This document shows, piece by piece, positions 8,661 through 18,744 of a stretch of DNA of 64,000 bases. The notes beneath the pieces were generated by a model. That model saw nothing but the letters and a program-made list of their open reading frames with translations, ran no database searches and was not told where the DNA came from. Numbering within the stretch: position 1 is the first letter of the stretch; the number at the start of each line of letters is the position of its first letter. Position numbers and translations under genes: made by a program. Origin of the DNA: an uncultured bacterium (lineage in GTDB: Bacteria; Patescibacteriota; Microgenomatia; UBA1400; PJMF01); NCBI GenBank assembly GCA_963544615.1, contig CAUUGB010000001.1:10388-74387 (forward strand). The letters are read 5' to 3'.

Positions 8661-10850
8661 ATGGCAAAAAGAAGACGCTCGCGTCATCAACAGTCTTTTA
8701 ATAATGCAGTTTGGGCTTCGGTGGGGGGAGTGTTTTTTTTGGTGACGGCTATTTTAATTATGGCTTCTTTTTCTCGTCAGGGAGTTTTTTTACTGTGGGT
8801 AAATAATTTATTAACTCTTAACTTTGGCACTGGGGCACTGGTGCTGCCTTTTTTGTGTTTGCAACTGGCTCTAATTTGTTTTCAAAGCCGCTGGATTTGG
8901 TCGCGCCCGGCTATGTTGGTGGGAGGAGGACTTTTTTTTGTGGGTGTTACTGGTATTACCCGTGGTGGGGGGATTGGCTCAAGTGCCTTTACTCTTTTAT
9001 CGGCAATGCTCACTGTACCTGGAGCGTGGTTGCTTTTTTTGGGGGTGATTGTGGCAGGCATGTTGATTTTATGGCAAGTATCTTTTAAAGATATGCTCGC
9101 TTGGTGGCACCAATTTACTACTGAGCGGCGCGTGCAGCAAGAAATGGCTAATTTTACCAAAGAGGATGAAGTAGCTTTTGTGCGTCAAGAATTAACCCCC
9201 GTGGATGAATCATCAGGTGAAACTAACCATGATAATGGTAATGACACTACCGACTATCAGCAAGTAGCTGAGTCTCCTGCTGTCGATGAGTCCGCGGCTC
9301 AAGAGGTTGCTTCTCCACCGAGTAACCAATTTGTCAAAATTGATTTACTTGATGAAGAGGTGATGAAAAAACCCGCTGCTAGTCCTACTCCCGAAGTGCC
9401 AGCTGATGGTAAACCCCCGTGGCAGTACCCCACTTTAAGTTTACTAGACGCAGTGGATGGTGGTGAAGCTGACCGAGGTGATATTAATGCCAATGCCCAA
9501 ATTATTGAAAACACTCTTGATTCTTTTGGCATTCGTGCCCGGGTGGTAGAAATTAATCGCGGTCCTTCGGTTACTCAATATGCGCTAGAGATTGCCATGG
9601 GTACCAAGTTATCTAAAATTACTGCTTTAGCTGGCGATTTAGCTCTGGCTTTAGCTGCGCCCACGGGACAAATTAGAATTGAAGCCCCCATTGCTGGCAA
9701 ATCTTTGGTAGGTGTAGAAGTGCCCAATCGTCGGGCGGCTTATGTCACTTTGCGCAAGATGCTGGGTAATAATCAACTCAAAGATCATCCTTCTAAATTA
9801 GCAGTGGCCTTAGGTATTGATGTTAACGGTAAACAGATTGTGGGTGATATTGCCAAAATGCCCCACATTTTAATTGCTGGTGCCACTGGTTCGGGTAAAT
9901 CGGTGGGGATTAATAGTTTTTTATGTTCGCTGTTATTTCGTTGTTCTCCAGAGGAATTGCGCTTAATTTTAGTTGATCCCAAAAGAGTGGAACTTACCAT
10001 GTATCAAGATATTCCTCATTTGCTGACTCCGGTGATTGTGGATGCCGGCAAGGTGGTAGCAGCCCTTAAATGGGCGTGTAGTGAAATGGACAGACGCTAT
10101 AAAGTGTTAGCTCAACATCGAGTACGGAATTTAGCGGCTTACAATGCCCAAGCGGGAGTGGCCAAATTGCCCCAAATTGTGGTGGTGATTGATGAGTTTG
10201 CCGATGTGATGATGTTCTCACCCAGTGATACCGAAGAAGCGGTCACACGGATTGCACAAATGGCGCGGGCAGTGGGAATTCATTTAATTTTAGCTACCCA
10301 ACGCCCCTCAGTAAATGTGATTACTGGTTTAATTAAAGCCAATGTGCCTACCCGGATTGCTTTTAATGTGGCTTCAGCTATGGATTCGCGGGTGATTTTA
10401 GATACCACTGGAGCAGAGAAATTACTCGGTAATGGCGATATGCTCTATGTTCCCCCTGATCAAGCCAAACCAATTAGAATTCAGGGTACTTTTGTCTCCG
10501 ATGCTGATGCTAATAAATTAACCGATTTTCTCAAATCACAGCAGTGGGGAACAGATTATGTTGAAGAAGTGGTTTCCCAGTTTCGCACCACCGGTGGCAA
10601 ACACGCGGCTGTTGATGAAGCTAGTACCAAACGTGATGAGCGTTTTATGGAAGCAGCCCAATTGCTCACGCAGTATGACCAAGCTTCTTCTTCGATGTTG
10701 CAGCGGCGGATGAATTTAGGTTATGCGCGGGCAGCACGACTTTTAGATCAATTGCACGAAGCTGGTTTTGTGGGGCCGGCACGAGGGAGTAAACCACGAG
10801 AAATCAATACTACTGCCTTAAATAATTTTCTCGCTGCGCCCAACTCTTAA
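8661..10850 (+). CDS. ftsK: DNA translocase FtsK/SpoIIIE
   Basis: N-terminal polytopic membrane domain, a Pro/acidic linker, a motor domain with Walker A GATGSGKSVGIN and a Walker B VVVIDEFAD. There is a C-terminal gamma winged-helix (LLDQLHEAGFVGPARGSKPREI). Confidence 0.9.
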   Translation: MAKRRRSRHQQSFNNAVWASVGGVFFLVTAILIMASFSRQGVFLLWVNNLLTLNFGTGALVLPFLCLQLALICFQSRWIWSRPAMLVGGGLFFVGVTGITRGGGIGSSAFTLLSAMLTVPGAWLLFLGVIVAGMLILWQVSFKDMLAWWHQFTTERRVQQEMANFTKEDEVAFVRQELTPVDESSGETNHDNGNDTTDYQQVAESPAVDESAAQEVASPPSNQFVKIDLLDEEVMKKPAASPTPEVPADGKPPWQYPTLSLLDAVDGGEADRGDINANAQIIENTLDSFGIRARVVEINRGPSVTQYALEIAMGTKLSKITALAGDLALALAAPTGQIRIEAPIAGKSLVGVEVPNRRAAYVTLRKMLGNNQLKDHPSKLAVALGIDVNGKQIVGDIAKMPHILIAGATGSGKSVGINSFLCSLLFRCSPEELRLILVDPKRVELTMYQDIPHLLTPVIVDAGKVVAALKWACSEMDRRYKVLAQHRVRNLAAYNAQAGVAKLPQIVVVIDEFADVMMFSPSDTEEAVTRIAQMARAVGIHLILATQRPSVNVITGLIKANVPTRIAFNVASAMDSRVILDTTGAEKLLGNGDMLYVPPDQAKPIRIQGTFVSDADANKLTDFLKSQQWGTDYVEEVVSQFRTTGGKHAAVDEASTKRDERFMEAAQLLTQYDQASSSMLQRRMNLGYARAARLLDQLHEAGFVGPARGSKPREINTTALNNFLAAPNS

Positions 10851-10894
10851 AAGGCAATGATATAATCGGTTAAGTTTAATTAGAAAGGGTCGCG

Positions 10895-11182
10895 ATGACT
10901 CAAGTTTCAATTCAGACAACGGGCTTTGAACTCACCCAGGCTCTCAGTAATACTTGTCAGCAAGCAGCTGCTAAATTGGCACTCAGTGAGGCACAGGGAG
11001 AAAAGTTGGAGATTTTTTTGTCTTTAGAAGGTAAGGGTGATGCTAAACAAACTAGTGCTAAAATTAAAATTACCACTCCAGAGCAAGAAATTTTTGTCGT
11101 CGAAAAAGGTAATGATTTGTATCAAGCCATTCGCGAGGGGTGTAAAAAGGCTCGCCAGCAATATCATGAAAGGCAAAAATAA
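10895..11182 (+). CDS. hpf: Ribosome hibernation promoting factor (short HPF/RaiA, S30AE family)
   Basis: The 95-aa protein shows the pattern I-x-I-T-G-x-x-x-E-x-T-x-A-L...IKI...LYxAI..xxxKxxxQ. This aligns with the HPF/YfiA fold. Confidence 0.7.
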   Translation: MTQVSIQTTGFELTQALSNTCQQAAAKLALSEAQGEKLEIFLSLEGKGDAKQTSAKIKITTPEQEIFVVEKGNDLYQAIREGCKKARQQYHERQK

Positions 11183-11831
11183 TTTTTATCGTGTGGCGGC
11201 AGATTGTCTTTGTCCTAGTTTTTGTCTGCGCTGTGGTGGCTTTGGAGCCACTTTGTGTGCTGCCTGTCAACAACATTTGCCTTTTTTGCCCCAGAGTGAT
11301 TTAAGTAGCGCCCTGTACTCTAGTTGGCAGCAGCACTCCCAACATTGGTGGGTGGACAGCACTCAAGCGCTTTTTTACTACCACAGTTTAATTGCCCGCT
11401 TGATGAAGCGCTGGAAATATCAGGGGGAGCGCGATTGTGCCCGAGTTTTTGCTTTTTATTTGTGGCAGTATTTGTGGTTGCCAGCGGTTGATGTGGTTAC
11501 CTTTACGCCCATGCATTGGCGCCGCCAAAGGGAACGAGGCTACAATCAAGCCGAAGATTTAGCTCACTTTTTAGCTAACTATTTGCAAGTGCCCTGTGTT
11601 GCCTTGCTACAAAAATTCACTCCCACCCCACATCAAGCAGCCTTGGGACGTCAAGAGCGGATGCGCTTAATGCACCAAAAGCTTAAAGTAATTGGCAACT
11701 GTGCTCGCCAGCGCGTTTTGTTATTAGATGATGTAATTACTACTGGGGCTACCATTAACCAAGCTGCCCGTAGTCTTAAATTAGCTGGAGCCCGGCAAGT
11801 AGCAGCATTGGCGGTGGCTTATCGTGAATAA
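11166..11831 (+). CDS. comFC: ComF family protein (ComFC-like phosphoribosyltransferase)
   Basis: N-terminal zinc-ribbon C-x2-C...C-x2-C (CPSFCLRCGG...CAACQQ). C-terminal PRTase motif VLLLDDVITTGATI. The ORF track begins at 11037 and overlaps hpf. The internal ATG at 11166 is preferred. Confidence 0.7.
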   Translation: MKGKNNFYRVAADCLCPSFCLRCGGFGATLCAACQQHLPFLPQSDLSSALYSSWQQHSQHWWVDSTQALFYYHSLIARLMKRWKYQGERDCARVFAFYLWQYLWLPAVDVVTFTPMHWRRQRERGYNQAEDLAHFLANYLQVPCVALLQKFTPTPHQAALGRQERMRLMHQKLKVIGNCARQRVLLLDDVITTGATINQAARSLKLAGARQVAALAVAYRE

Positions 11832-11833
11832 TT

Positions 11834-13630
11834 ATGAGTGATGTGGGCGAGATTAAAGACAGATTGGCTCTTTCCCTAGTGGTAGGAGAAGTGGTTAAAC
11901 TTACTCCTGCCGGTTCCTATTTGCGTGGGCTTTGTCCTTTTCATCACGAAAAAAGCCCTAGTTTTTTTGTTAATGACACCATGGGGTATTACAAATGTTT
12001 TGGTTGTGGGGAGCATGGAGATATTTTCAGTTTCGTGCAAAAATATGAGCACCTAACTTTTCGGGAAGCTTTAGAATATTTGGCCAAGAAAGCGGGGATA
12101 ACTTTAAGCAGCAAAAATTATGACCCGCAAGAAAAACTGCGCCGTGAAGTATTGGCAGCCTTGCAAGAAGCAGCGGAATTTTATCGTGAGTATTTAGCTA
12201 CTCCCGCTGGTGCTCCATTTAGAAAATATTTAACCAAGCGTCACCTTCCTTTGCGGACGCAAAAACTCTTTGGTTTGGGAGCCATTGGCAGTGGCTGGCA
12301 TGATTTGGTGGATTATTTGCGCGCTAAAGGTTATCGTCATGAGGTGATGTTAGCCAGCGGTTTGGCAGGCGAGAGTAAAACAGGTCGCCTGTTTGATCGT
12401 TTTCGCTCGCGGCTGATGTTTCCACTCAAAAACCATCGCGCTCAAGTGGTGGGTTTTTCGGGACGACTGCTGGAGGAAAATCCCCATGAAGGCAAATATA
12501 TTAATACCCAAGAGACCATGGTTTATCACAAAGGCAGCATGCTCTACGGGCTTTCAGAGCTAGCCCGGGAAATTAAAAAAGCTCCTTTTCTTTTAGTTGT
12601 AGAAGGTGAGTTTGATGTGCTCTCGAGTTTAACTGCTAATGTAGCTAATGTGGTGGCGATTAAAGGGAGTGCTTTAACTAGCGAGCAAGCTAAGCTGGCG
12701 AGTCGTTATACGCAAAAAATTGTTTTGGCTTTGGACGCCGATGCTGCCGGCATTAAAGCAACCAAAAAAGCTATTGAAGTACTGCGCCCGCAAGGAGTGG
12801 AGATTGAAGTGTTGCCTTTGCCAGTGGGCAGCGACCCCGATAATTTAGCCAGCAGTAACCCCGCAGCTTGGCGTGAGTTACTGAAAAAAACCATTAATGT
12901 TTATGAGTTTTTTTTGCAAACTACCATTAGCCAACATGATTTAAGTAAAATTAGTGAACAAAAAAAGGTGGTGCAGGAGTGTGCTGGTTTTTTTAAGCTA
13001 ATTGACAATCGCTTAGAATATGAATTTTTTTTGAAAAAACTCTCTGGCTTACTTAAACAGGATCCCGAGATTATTCGTCAAGATTTACTCAGTTGGGGCA
13101 AGCTCTCGCCAGCTGCTTCTAGCAGTGCTACTCAAGTGAAACCCAAAGTAGGGCGCAAATTAAGCAAGTTGCAACGGCTTGAGGCTTATGTGTGGTTTTT
13201 GTTTTTGCACTGCCTGCAACAAGAAACTTTAATTCAAACAGCCAGCTGGTATATAGAAAACACTAAGTGGTCCAATGATTTTTTGCAACACTTGGCTACT
13301 TTTTATCACCAGTATTATCAAAAACATCCCCAGCCTAGTTTGAGTTCTTGGCAAAAAACTCTCCCTGGTGATTATCAAGAAAAAATTGCCCTTTTATTAC
13401 TTCATCCCTCTTTTGTGAAAATTTTTGCTAAAGCTAATTTGGCGACTGAGTGGCAAACGCAAAGTCAACTCCACGAGCGCTTGAGCAAACAAAAACAGGT
13501 GAGCGAATTATCTGCGCAACTGCAAGAGTTAGAAAAAATTGCTGACCCCACTTTAGAGCAAGAGCAAACCAAACAGCAAATTTTGCAGCAAATTCTAGAC
13601 TTGCAAAAATCTCGCTGTGATTATAAATAA
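11834..13630 (+). CDS. dnaG: DNA primase DnaG
   Basis: Zinc-binding domain CPFHHEKSPSF...CFGCGEHGD. A TOPRIM region (LLVVEGEFDVLS, LALDADAAG) is present. The length is 598 aa. Confidence 0.9.
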   Translation: MSDVGEIKDRLALSLVVGEVVKLTPAGSYLRGLCPFHHEKSPSFFVNDTMGYYKCFGCGEHGDIFSFVQKYEHLTFREALEYLAKKAGITLSSKNYDPQEKLRREVLAALQEAAEFYREYLATPAGAPFRKYLTKRHLPLRTQKLFGLGAIGSGWHDLVDYLRAKGYRHEVMLASGLAGESKTGRLFDRFRSRLMFPLKNHRAQVVGFSGRLLEENPHEGKYINTQETMVYHKGSMLYGLSELAREIKKAPFLLVVEGEFDVLSSLTANVANVVAIKGSALTSEQAKLASRYTQKIVLALDADAAGIKATKKAIEVLRPQGVEIEVLPLPVGSDPDNLASSNPAAWRELLKKTINVYEFFLQTTISQHDLSKISEQKKVVQECAGFFKLIDNRLEYEFFLKKLSGLLKQDPEIIRQDLLSWGKLSPAASSSATQVKPKVGRKLSKLQRLEAYVWFLFLHCLQQETLIQTASWYIENTKWSNDFLQHLATFYHQYYQKHPQPSLSSWQKTLPGDYQEKIALLLLHPSFVKIFAKANLATEWQTQSQLHERLSKQKQVSELSAQLQELEKIADPTLEQEQTKQQILQQILDLQKSRCDYK

Positions 13631-14694
13631 ATTGGTTTAGAGAGTACTTGTAGCCACGGGTAAGCTTGAGCGGCATCATTTAGGGCTGGAATACCGTAGA
13701 TAATGGCTAAAACAGCCAGGACAAAAACCAACATAATGTGGCGCAAAAAACTATCTTCCAGCAGCACTCTGGCAGGAGATTCACCTTGATTATGCTCATA
13801 GATTAATTGTAAGTAGCGCATCACCCCTAAAATAGCTAGGGGAATGGTAAACATTAAAAGCTTTTCAGGGCGAATAATTTGGGGTAAATTGTGATAAAGC
13901 AGGGAGAGATTTTGGTCGGGGTGGGTATATTGATACTGAAAGGTAAAAAAGGCGTAAGACATCCAAGTGCTAGTGGCAAAAATACTGGTGTATTGGTCTA
14001 AAAGTCGCTGACTGTAATGGCGCAGGGTGGAGCGGGTTTTACCTAAATTGACGCTAAGATCGGCAATCAGGGTACGCTCACTTTGTCTTTTGCCCACCGC
14101 AATAAATAAAGCTGCCGAAATTACAGTGAGCAAAAACCAAGAGTTAAGCCGCAAATAGCACACGGTGGCACCAGCATAAACTCTAATAATAAAAGCCGAA
14201 GCAATGGTGAAGACATCAATAATGGGGATATGTTTGAGTTTGCTGGTGTAGCTGATTTGTAAAATGACGTAGCAGGCAATCAGCACTTTAAAGAAGTAGC
14301 CTAAGGGCAAGCTTAAAATAGCCACTAAAATAATTCCCACCACACTAATGGTTAATGCTAGTTTGACACTTACCTGACCACTGGCAATGGGACGCTTTTT
14401 TTTGAAAGGATGAGCGGCGTCGGCATTTTTATCTACCACATCGTTAAATAAATAAATGCTCGAAGATAACAGACAAAAAATTACAAAGGCGTAAAGCACG
14501 CTGACAATGTAAGGCAAACCATTATGGGGAGAAATAGAAAACAGCAAACCAGAAATCAGTAGTGGGGCGAACAACACCACGTTTTTTAGCCATTGAGCTG
14601 GGCGAATTGATTTAATAATCGCCAGCAGCAGATGAGTTTGCATGAGTGGATTATTATAGCATTGTTTCTCACTTGCTTTTTGGCGGGGTGTCAT
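13621..14694 (-). CDS. UbiA-family polyprenyl-phosphate transferase, decaprenyl-phosphate phosphoribosyltransferase-like.
   Basis: Polytopic membrane protein with IRPAQWLKN near the N-terminus and the Asp-rich motif NDVVDKNAD (NDxxDxxxD). An alternative start is at 14643. Confidence 0.65.
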   Translation of the reverse strand: MTPRQKASEKQCYNNPLMQTHLLLAIIKSIRPAQWLKNVVLFAPLLISGLLFSISPHNGLPYIVSVLYAFVIFCLLSSSIYLFNDVVDKNADAAHPFKKKRPIASGQVSVKLALTISVVGIILVAILSLPLGYFFKVLIACYVILQISYTSKLKHIPIIDVFTIASAFIIRVYAGATVCYLRLNSWFLLTVISAALFIAVGKRQSERTLIADLSVNLGKTRSTLRHYSQRLLDQYTSIFATSTWMSYAFFTFQYQYTHPDQNLSLLYHNLPQIIRPEKLLMFTIPLAILGVMRYLQLIYEHNQGESPARVLLEDSFLRHIMLVFVLAVLAIIYGIPALNDAAQAYPWLQVLSKPIYL

Positions 14695-14706
14695 TAAAAT
14701 AGCCGC

Positions 14707-15456
14707 ATGCAGTTGCCAGCTAGCGAGGTGAATTACTTTTTACAAAAAATTGCTCGGTGTACTAACCACAGCCCCACTATGCTAGCTTGGGCCAATGAGT
14801 TGGTCTCGGAGCTCACCAGCTTTGCTGGTTTACCTCATTATCGCCAAGTGCGCTTGGGTTTGGCTAACAGCAGTGATCAAGAAAAATTAGCTAAATTAAT
14901 TAAGCTGGCTTTCGCTTGGCGCTATGGTGGCGATGGGCAGCAAGTAGCAGAGAAATTTGCCGCTTTAAGTTTTCAGCCTCATTGTCAAACTTTGGTAGCC
15001 AAGCTTTATGCTCCGCATGCTCGCCAAGTGCTACTTTTAGCTACTTGTCGCCTCACGCGAGCACACCAGCTGCATGATTTAGAGTTAGTCACTTATTACC
15101 GTTTTAGTGATGGCAACAGTTGGCAGCGCTATTTGGCTGATAAAGTTGCCTATGAATTAAGTCACTTGGCTTTTCACCCTTTGTTTGAGCTCGGGCGCTA
15201 CCGCGCGTTGCAATTTAAGCTGACCAGAGAATTGCTGCATCTATGTTTGGGGTTAGCCAGTGAGCCTCAAGCTTGGGTGGGTTTAACCGCTAGACATAAT
15301 GTGGCTAAGTTTTTAACCAAAGCTTCTTGCCAACTTGCCCCCATTGCTAATTTAACCCTACAACCTCAAGTAGCCAAAAGCACTTTAGCCACACTTTTAC
15401 CTCGCTATTTAATTGATTTTTATGCTTATCAATTGCTATCAGCAGCCAAGCCTTAA
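14707..15456 (+). CDS. Hypothetical protein
   Basis: 249-aa soluble ORF, divergent from the UbiA-family gene. No recognisable motifs. Confidence 0.35.
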   Translation: MQLPASEVNYFLQKIARCTNHSPTMLAWANELVSELTSFAGLPHYRQVRLGLANSSDQEKLAKLIKLAFAWRYGGDGQQVAEKFAALSFQPHCQTLVAKLYAPHARQVLLLATCRLTRAHQLHDLELVTYYRFSDGNSWQRYLADKVAYELSHLAFHPLFELGRYRALQFKLTRELLHLCLGLASEPQAWVGLTARHNVAKFLTKASCQLAPIANLTLQPQVAKSTLATLLPRYLIDFYAYQLLSAAKP

Positions 15457-15561
15457 TTTTGTCACTCCTTTGCCCAACTGCCAACATAGGGAAAATTTTA
15501 GTTATCGGCAACCACATGGGGAATTTTTGGCAAAAGCAGGGAAATTATTTATAATGCAGCT

Positions 15562-16896
15562 ATGTGGTTATGGTTAGCGGTAACTTTTACCAGTGTACTT
15601 GCTTTAGCCAGTTTGCTGTGGTGGCAGCTGGCAATTTTTTATCAGCGCCAAAAGTTTGCGGCGCAACTGAAAATTTTTTTAGCCTCAGCTTATCGGCAGT
15701 TAGATTTTAAGCAGTTATTAGCTCAAGTGGTGGCTTTTGTAAAACAATCTTTTGGCAGTGGAAGCTGTGTGTTAATAGGTAACTTTTTAGACGAAGCTAC
15801 TTTTAGTAGTAGTGAATGTGCTTTAAGCAAAAAAGAGCTTCAAGCTTGCTGGCAAACTTTAGCTAAGCATTGGCAGCGTTGTTCTCAGGCGGAAATAATT
15901 TCTTTAGCTGCTTTATATAAGCAACAGCAAAAACAATTAGGACGAGTTTTAGCACAGCAAGAGTTAATTTTGGCTGTGCCGATAGTAATTTTTCAGCAAC
16001 TATCTGGTGCCTTGCTGCTGGGTTGCAAATGTAATCGGCGGGAGTATCAACCCTCTCAATTGGCAGCTCTTCAAGATTTACTTACCCAAGTTGCCCCACT
16101 TTTAAGTCGTGCTGCCATTTATTATCAATCACAAAATTTTGCTAGTTTGCTGCAACGGCGAGTTGATAGAGCCACTGCCAAGTTGCGAGCGCTTAATCAA
16201 CAACTAATTCAAGCTGACCAAATGAAAGATGAATTTGTGTCTATTGCCAGCCACGAGTTGCGCACTCCCATGACAGCGATAAAAAATTATTTGTGGCTGA
16301 TTGCTAAAAATAATCGGGCGGGCAAATACCAAGAAAATCGCCAATATTTGCAAATTGTGAGCAATTCTACCGAGCGCCTAATTGATTTGGTTAACGATAT
16401 GCTCACTATCTCGCGGCTTGATTATGGTAGTTTTACCCTCAATTTAGCCCGCACTAATTTAACCACTTTGGTAGAAACCGCCATTGCTGATTTGGTGCCG
16501 CTAGCTCAAGAGAAAAAAATTAGTCTCGCTCACACTTTACCAAAGGCGGTGATTTTATCATTAGATGAAAAGAAAATTTTGGAAGTTTTGCATAATGTGC
16601 TGGGTAATGCCATTAAGTTTACCAAAAAGGGTGGGGTGAGCATTGCCTTAGAGCGTGACAGTGTCGAGGTGCGTTTGCAAATTATTGATACTGGCAGTGG
16701 CATTGACCCTGCCGACCAAAAATTGCTGTTTCGCAAATTTGCTCGATTGGAGAAATCTTATGTCAAGTTGGCAGAAACTGGTACTGGCTTGGGACTTTAT
16801 ATCTCGCGTGAAATTATGAAAAAGCATGGTGGGGAAATTACTTTTAGTTCTCAGTTGGGAGTGGGTTCAGTGTTTACCCTCCATTTTCCGCGCTAA
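15562..16896 (+). CDS. Sensor histidine kinase (orphan, no adjacent response regulator)
   Basis: N-terminal TM helix. H-box FVSIASHELRTPMTAI. HATPase_c N/G boxes (HNVLGNAIKFT, IIDTGSGI, GTGLGLYISREIM). Confidence 0.8.
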   Translation: MWLWLAVTFTSVLALASLLWWQLAIFYQRQKFAAQLKIFLASAYRQLDFKQLLAQVVAFVKQSFGSGSCVLIGNFLDEATFSSSECALSKKELQACWQTLAKHWQRCSQAEIISLAALYKQQQKQLGRVLAQQELILAVPIVIFQQLSGALLLGCKCNRREYQPSQLAALQDLLTQVAPLLSRAAIYYQSQNFASLLQRRVDRATAKLRALNQQLIQADQMKDEFVSIASHELRTPMTAIKNYLWLIAKNNRAGKYQENRQYLQIVSNSTERLIDLVNDMLTISRLDYGSFTLNLARTNLTTLVETAIADLVPLAQEKKISLAHTLPKAVILSLDEKKILEVLHNVLGNAIKFTKKGGVSIALERDSVEVRLQIIDTGSGIDPADQKLLFRKFARLEKSYVKLAETGTGLGLYISREIMKKHGGEITFSSQLGVGSVFTLHFPR

Positions 16897-16906
16897 AAGT
16901 ACTTGA

Positions 16907-18634
16907 TTATTTTTTATGCTCCACATTAAAATGAGCAAAAGAGTTTTGGGGAATGCGCAAATACCCGGGAGCGCGCAAATTAAAAATTTGCTTAAATTCA
17001 CTCCCACTTAAAACTATTTCCCCCCGATTGGTTTGAAATTTAACTTGAGCAGTTTGCCCTTTGTCAGTATGACTGGTGATAACTTCGCTAATGCTTTCTA
17101 CCGCGCCTCCAGAATGGTTAGCTTTTTCTTTTAATTCTGGCATGGAGTAAGGGTTGCCGCTATTGCCACCCACGCGGCATTTATTAATCGTGATGGGAAT
17201 AATGCGCTCTACTTGGGCGTCTTGAGGGTTGCGGCGGACAATCCAAGCATTGAGTAAATCGGCCATTTCTTCTTGCGAGAGCCAAGGATGATCGCGACCG
17301 CAAGCATCACCACTGGCAGTGTAACCCAAGCGATACCAAGCTTTATAAAACCAGGGTGAGCTAGCTTTAGCTTCCCAGGCTCTATCAGTCCAGCTGCCAC
17401 TGCCATTTTTGTCAGTGGTGTCCCAGCCGCTAGTATTGCTGTAACCGCCGTGGGTAGAAGCATATTGGGTGGAAACTGGTTTATCGCTGTCATCCACCAA
17501 CACCCAGCCGCGGGTTTCAGTGACCGCTTTTTCCCAATCACCGCCCTTTTTACCATTTTTGTAAACTTGGCAAGCCTCACTGGTACAAATAGATTTTTCC
17601 CCATTGTTGGTGTAGCGAATGGCATAAGTGCGGGCGGCAATGGCTTGAGCTTTCAGCACTTCTAAAGGCCAAGAAGCAGGGACTTCGTAAATGCTTTGTA
17701 AATAAGTATCCTCAAAAGACATTTTGCCATGACCTTGGACATTAATTTCTCCCATCACTGGATAATCTTTTTTCAGTTTGGCTTGAGGATAATAGGCTTT
17801 AAGAATTTCTTCGGCACTCTGCCCTGCTTGTGCTCTGGCTTTGGCGCCATATTGACTCATACCATTGCGGTGAGTATAGCCGCCAAAAGAAAACACGGCA
17901 AAAGAATTACTGGGAGCATTAGCCTTCCAAGTAATCGAAGCTTTTGGGTCATCGGTGGTGGGTACTTCTCCCACACTGGTAATTGAACTGCCGGAGCGCT
18001 CATTAATAATGGCTTGTTGTTGTGCTGATAAAGCAGCAATCTGCCCACTTAAATCAGCTTGATATTTTTTGGCAGCGGCAATTTCTTTTTTGAAAAACTC
18101 TGCTTGCTTGGCTAATTGTTTTTCTAAGGCTGCTAGTTTTTGTTCGGTGATTTCCAAAGCCGCTTTATCATCGTTTAATTGTTTAATTTGGGCGACTAAA
18201 TTTTGAATTTGTTGCTGGCTTTGGCTTTGGGCCAGTTGATAATTGGCGGCAGCAATCACCCCATGATAGTTTTGCTGGGGAGCTAAAAGTAGTAGCAGTG
18301 GTGAGCTGGTGCGTGCTGCCTGATAAGATTTTACCACCACTTGATAGAGCAATTGGGTTTGCTCTGCTTGCTCACCCTCGCGCTGTTGGATATTGGCTGC
18401 CAACTCTGCCGCTTGAGCCTTAGCATTTTTAATGCCTACTTGAGCATTGGTAATTTTGCTGGCTAAACTGCGCACTTCTTTTTCTAAAGGTTTGGTGGCG
18501 TCCTGAGATTGTTGGCGCATTTTTTCTAGTTCATCAATTTGTTGTTGCAGCTGTTCCACCGGATCAATGGCAGCACTCAGGTGAGGACTAAAGCATAGCC
18601 AGCCAAAAGTCACTAGCAACAAAATAATTTTCAT
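16907..18634 (-). CDS. Secreted coiled-coil protein with a C-terminal SpoIID/LytB-type domain (peptidoglycan amidase enhancer / lytic transglycosylase family).
   Basis: Signal peptide, then about 200 aa of Gln/Ala/Lys-rich heptad-like coiled coil. The C-terminal domain carries GYTHRNGMSQYGA, AQAIAARTYAI and ICTSEACQVY motifs characteristic of SpoIID/LytB. Confidence 0.7.
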   Translation of the reverse strand: MKIILLLVTFGWLCFSPHLSAAIDPVEQLQQQIDELEKMRQQSQDATKPLEKEVRSLASKITNAQVGIKNAKAQAAELAANIQQREGEQAEQTQLLYQVVVKSYQAARTSSPLLLLLAPQQNYHGVIAAANYQLAQSQSQQQIQNLVAQIKQLNDDKAALEITEQKLAALEKQLAKQAEFFKKEIAAAKKYQADLSGQIAALSAQQQAIINERSGSSITSVGEVPTTDDPKASITWKANAPSNSFAVFSFGGYTHRNGMSQYGAKARAQAGQSAEEILKAYYPQAKLKKDYPVMGEINVQGHGKMSFEDTYLQSIYEVPASWPLEVLKAQAIAARTYAIRYTNNGEKSICTSEACQVYKNGKKGGDWEKAVTETRGWVLVDDSDKPVSTQYASTHGGYSNTSGWDTTDKNGSGSWTDRAWEAKASSPWFYKAWYRLGYTASGDACGRDHPWLSQEEMADLLNAWIVRRNPQDAQVERIIPITINKCRVGGNSGNPYSMPELKEKANHSGGAVESISEVITSHTDKGQTAQVKFQTNRGEIVLSGSEFKQIFNLRAPGYLRIPQNSFAHFNVEHKK

Positions 18635-18695
18635 GCCTTTAGTTTAACATAATCGTCTGGAAAAGAAAAAATTGCCTTAATTTAGAGTAAGCGAT

Positions 18696-18722
18696 AAAAA
18701 AGCCCCCGGCAAAGCCGGGGGC
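18696..18722 (-). terminator. Rho-independent terminator of the high-GC gene
   Basis: On the minus strand this reads GCCCCCGGC-UUU-GCCGGGGGC followed by U6. It lies 23 nt downstream of the stop at 18745. Confidence 0.7.
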
Positions 18723-18744
18723 GAGTTGACAAACTACTTTGGGG

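Noticed and set aside
11037-11165. Long 5' extension of the ComFC ORF overlapping hpf
   Set aside because: It overlaps 146 nt of the well-supported hpf gene in another frame. ComFC homologues begin near the zinc-ribbon, so the ATG at 11166 is preferred.
17209-17640. 143-aa alternative-frame ORF inside the SpoIID-domain gene, and similar nested ORFs at 6919-7326, 8882-9160, 53804-54058 and 59179-59464
   Set aside because: All are fully embedded in longer, motif-supported genes.
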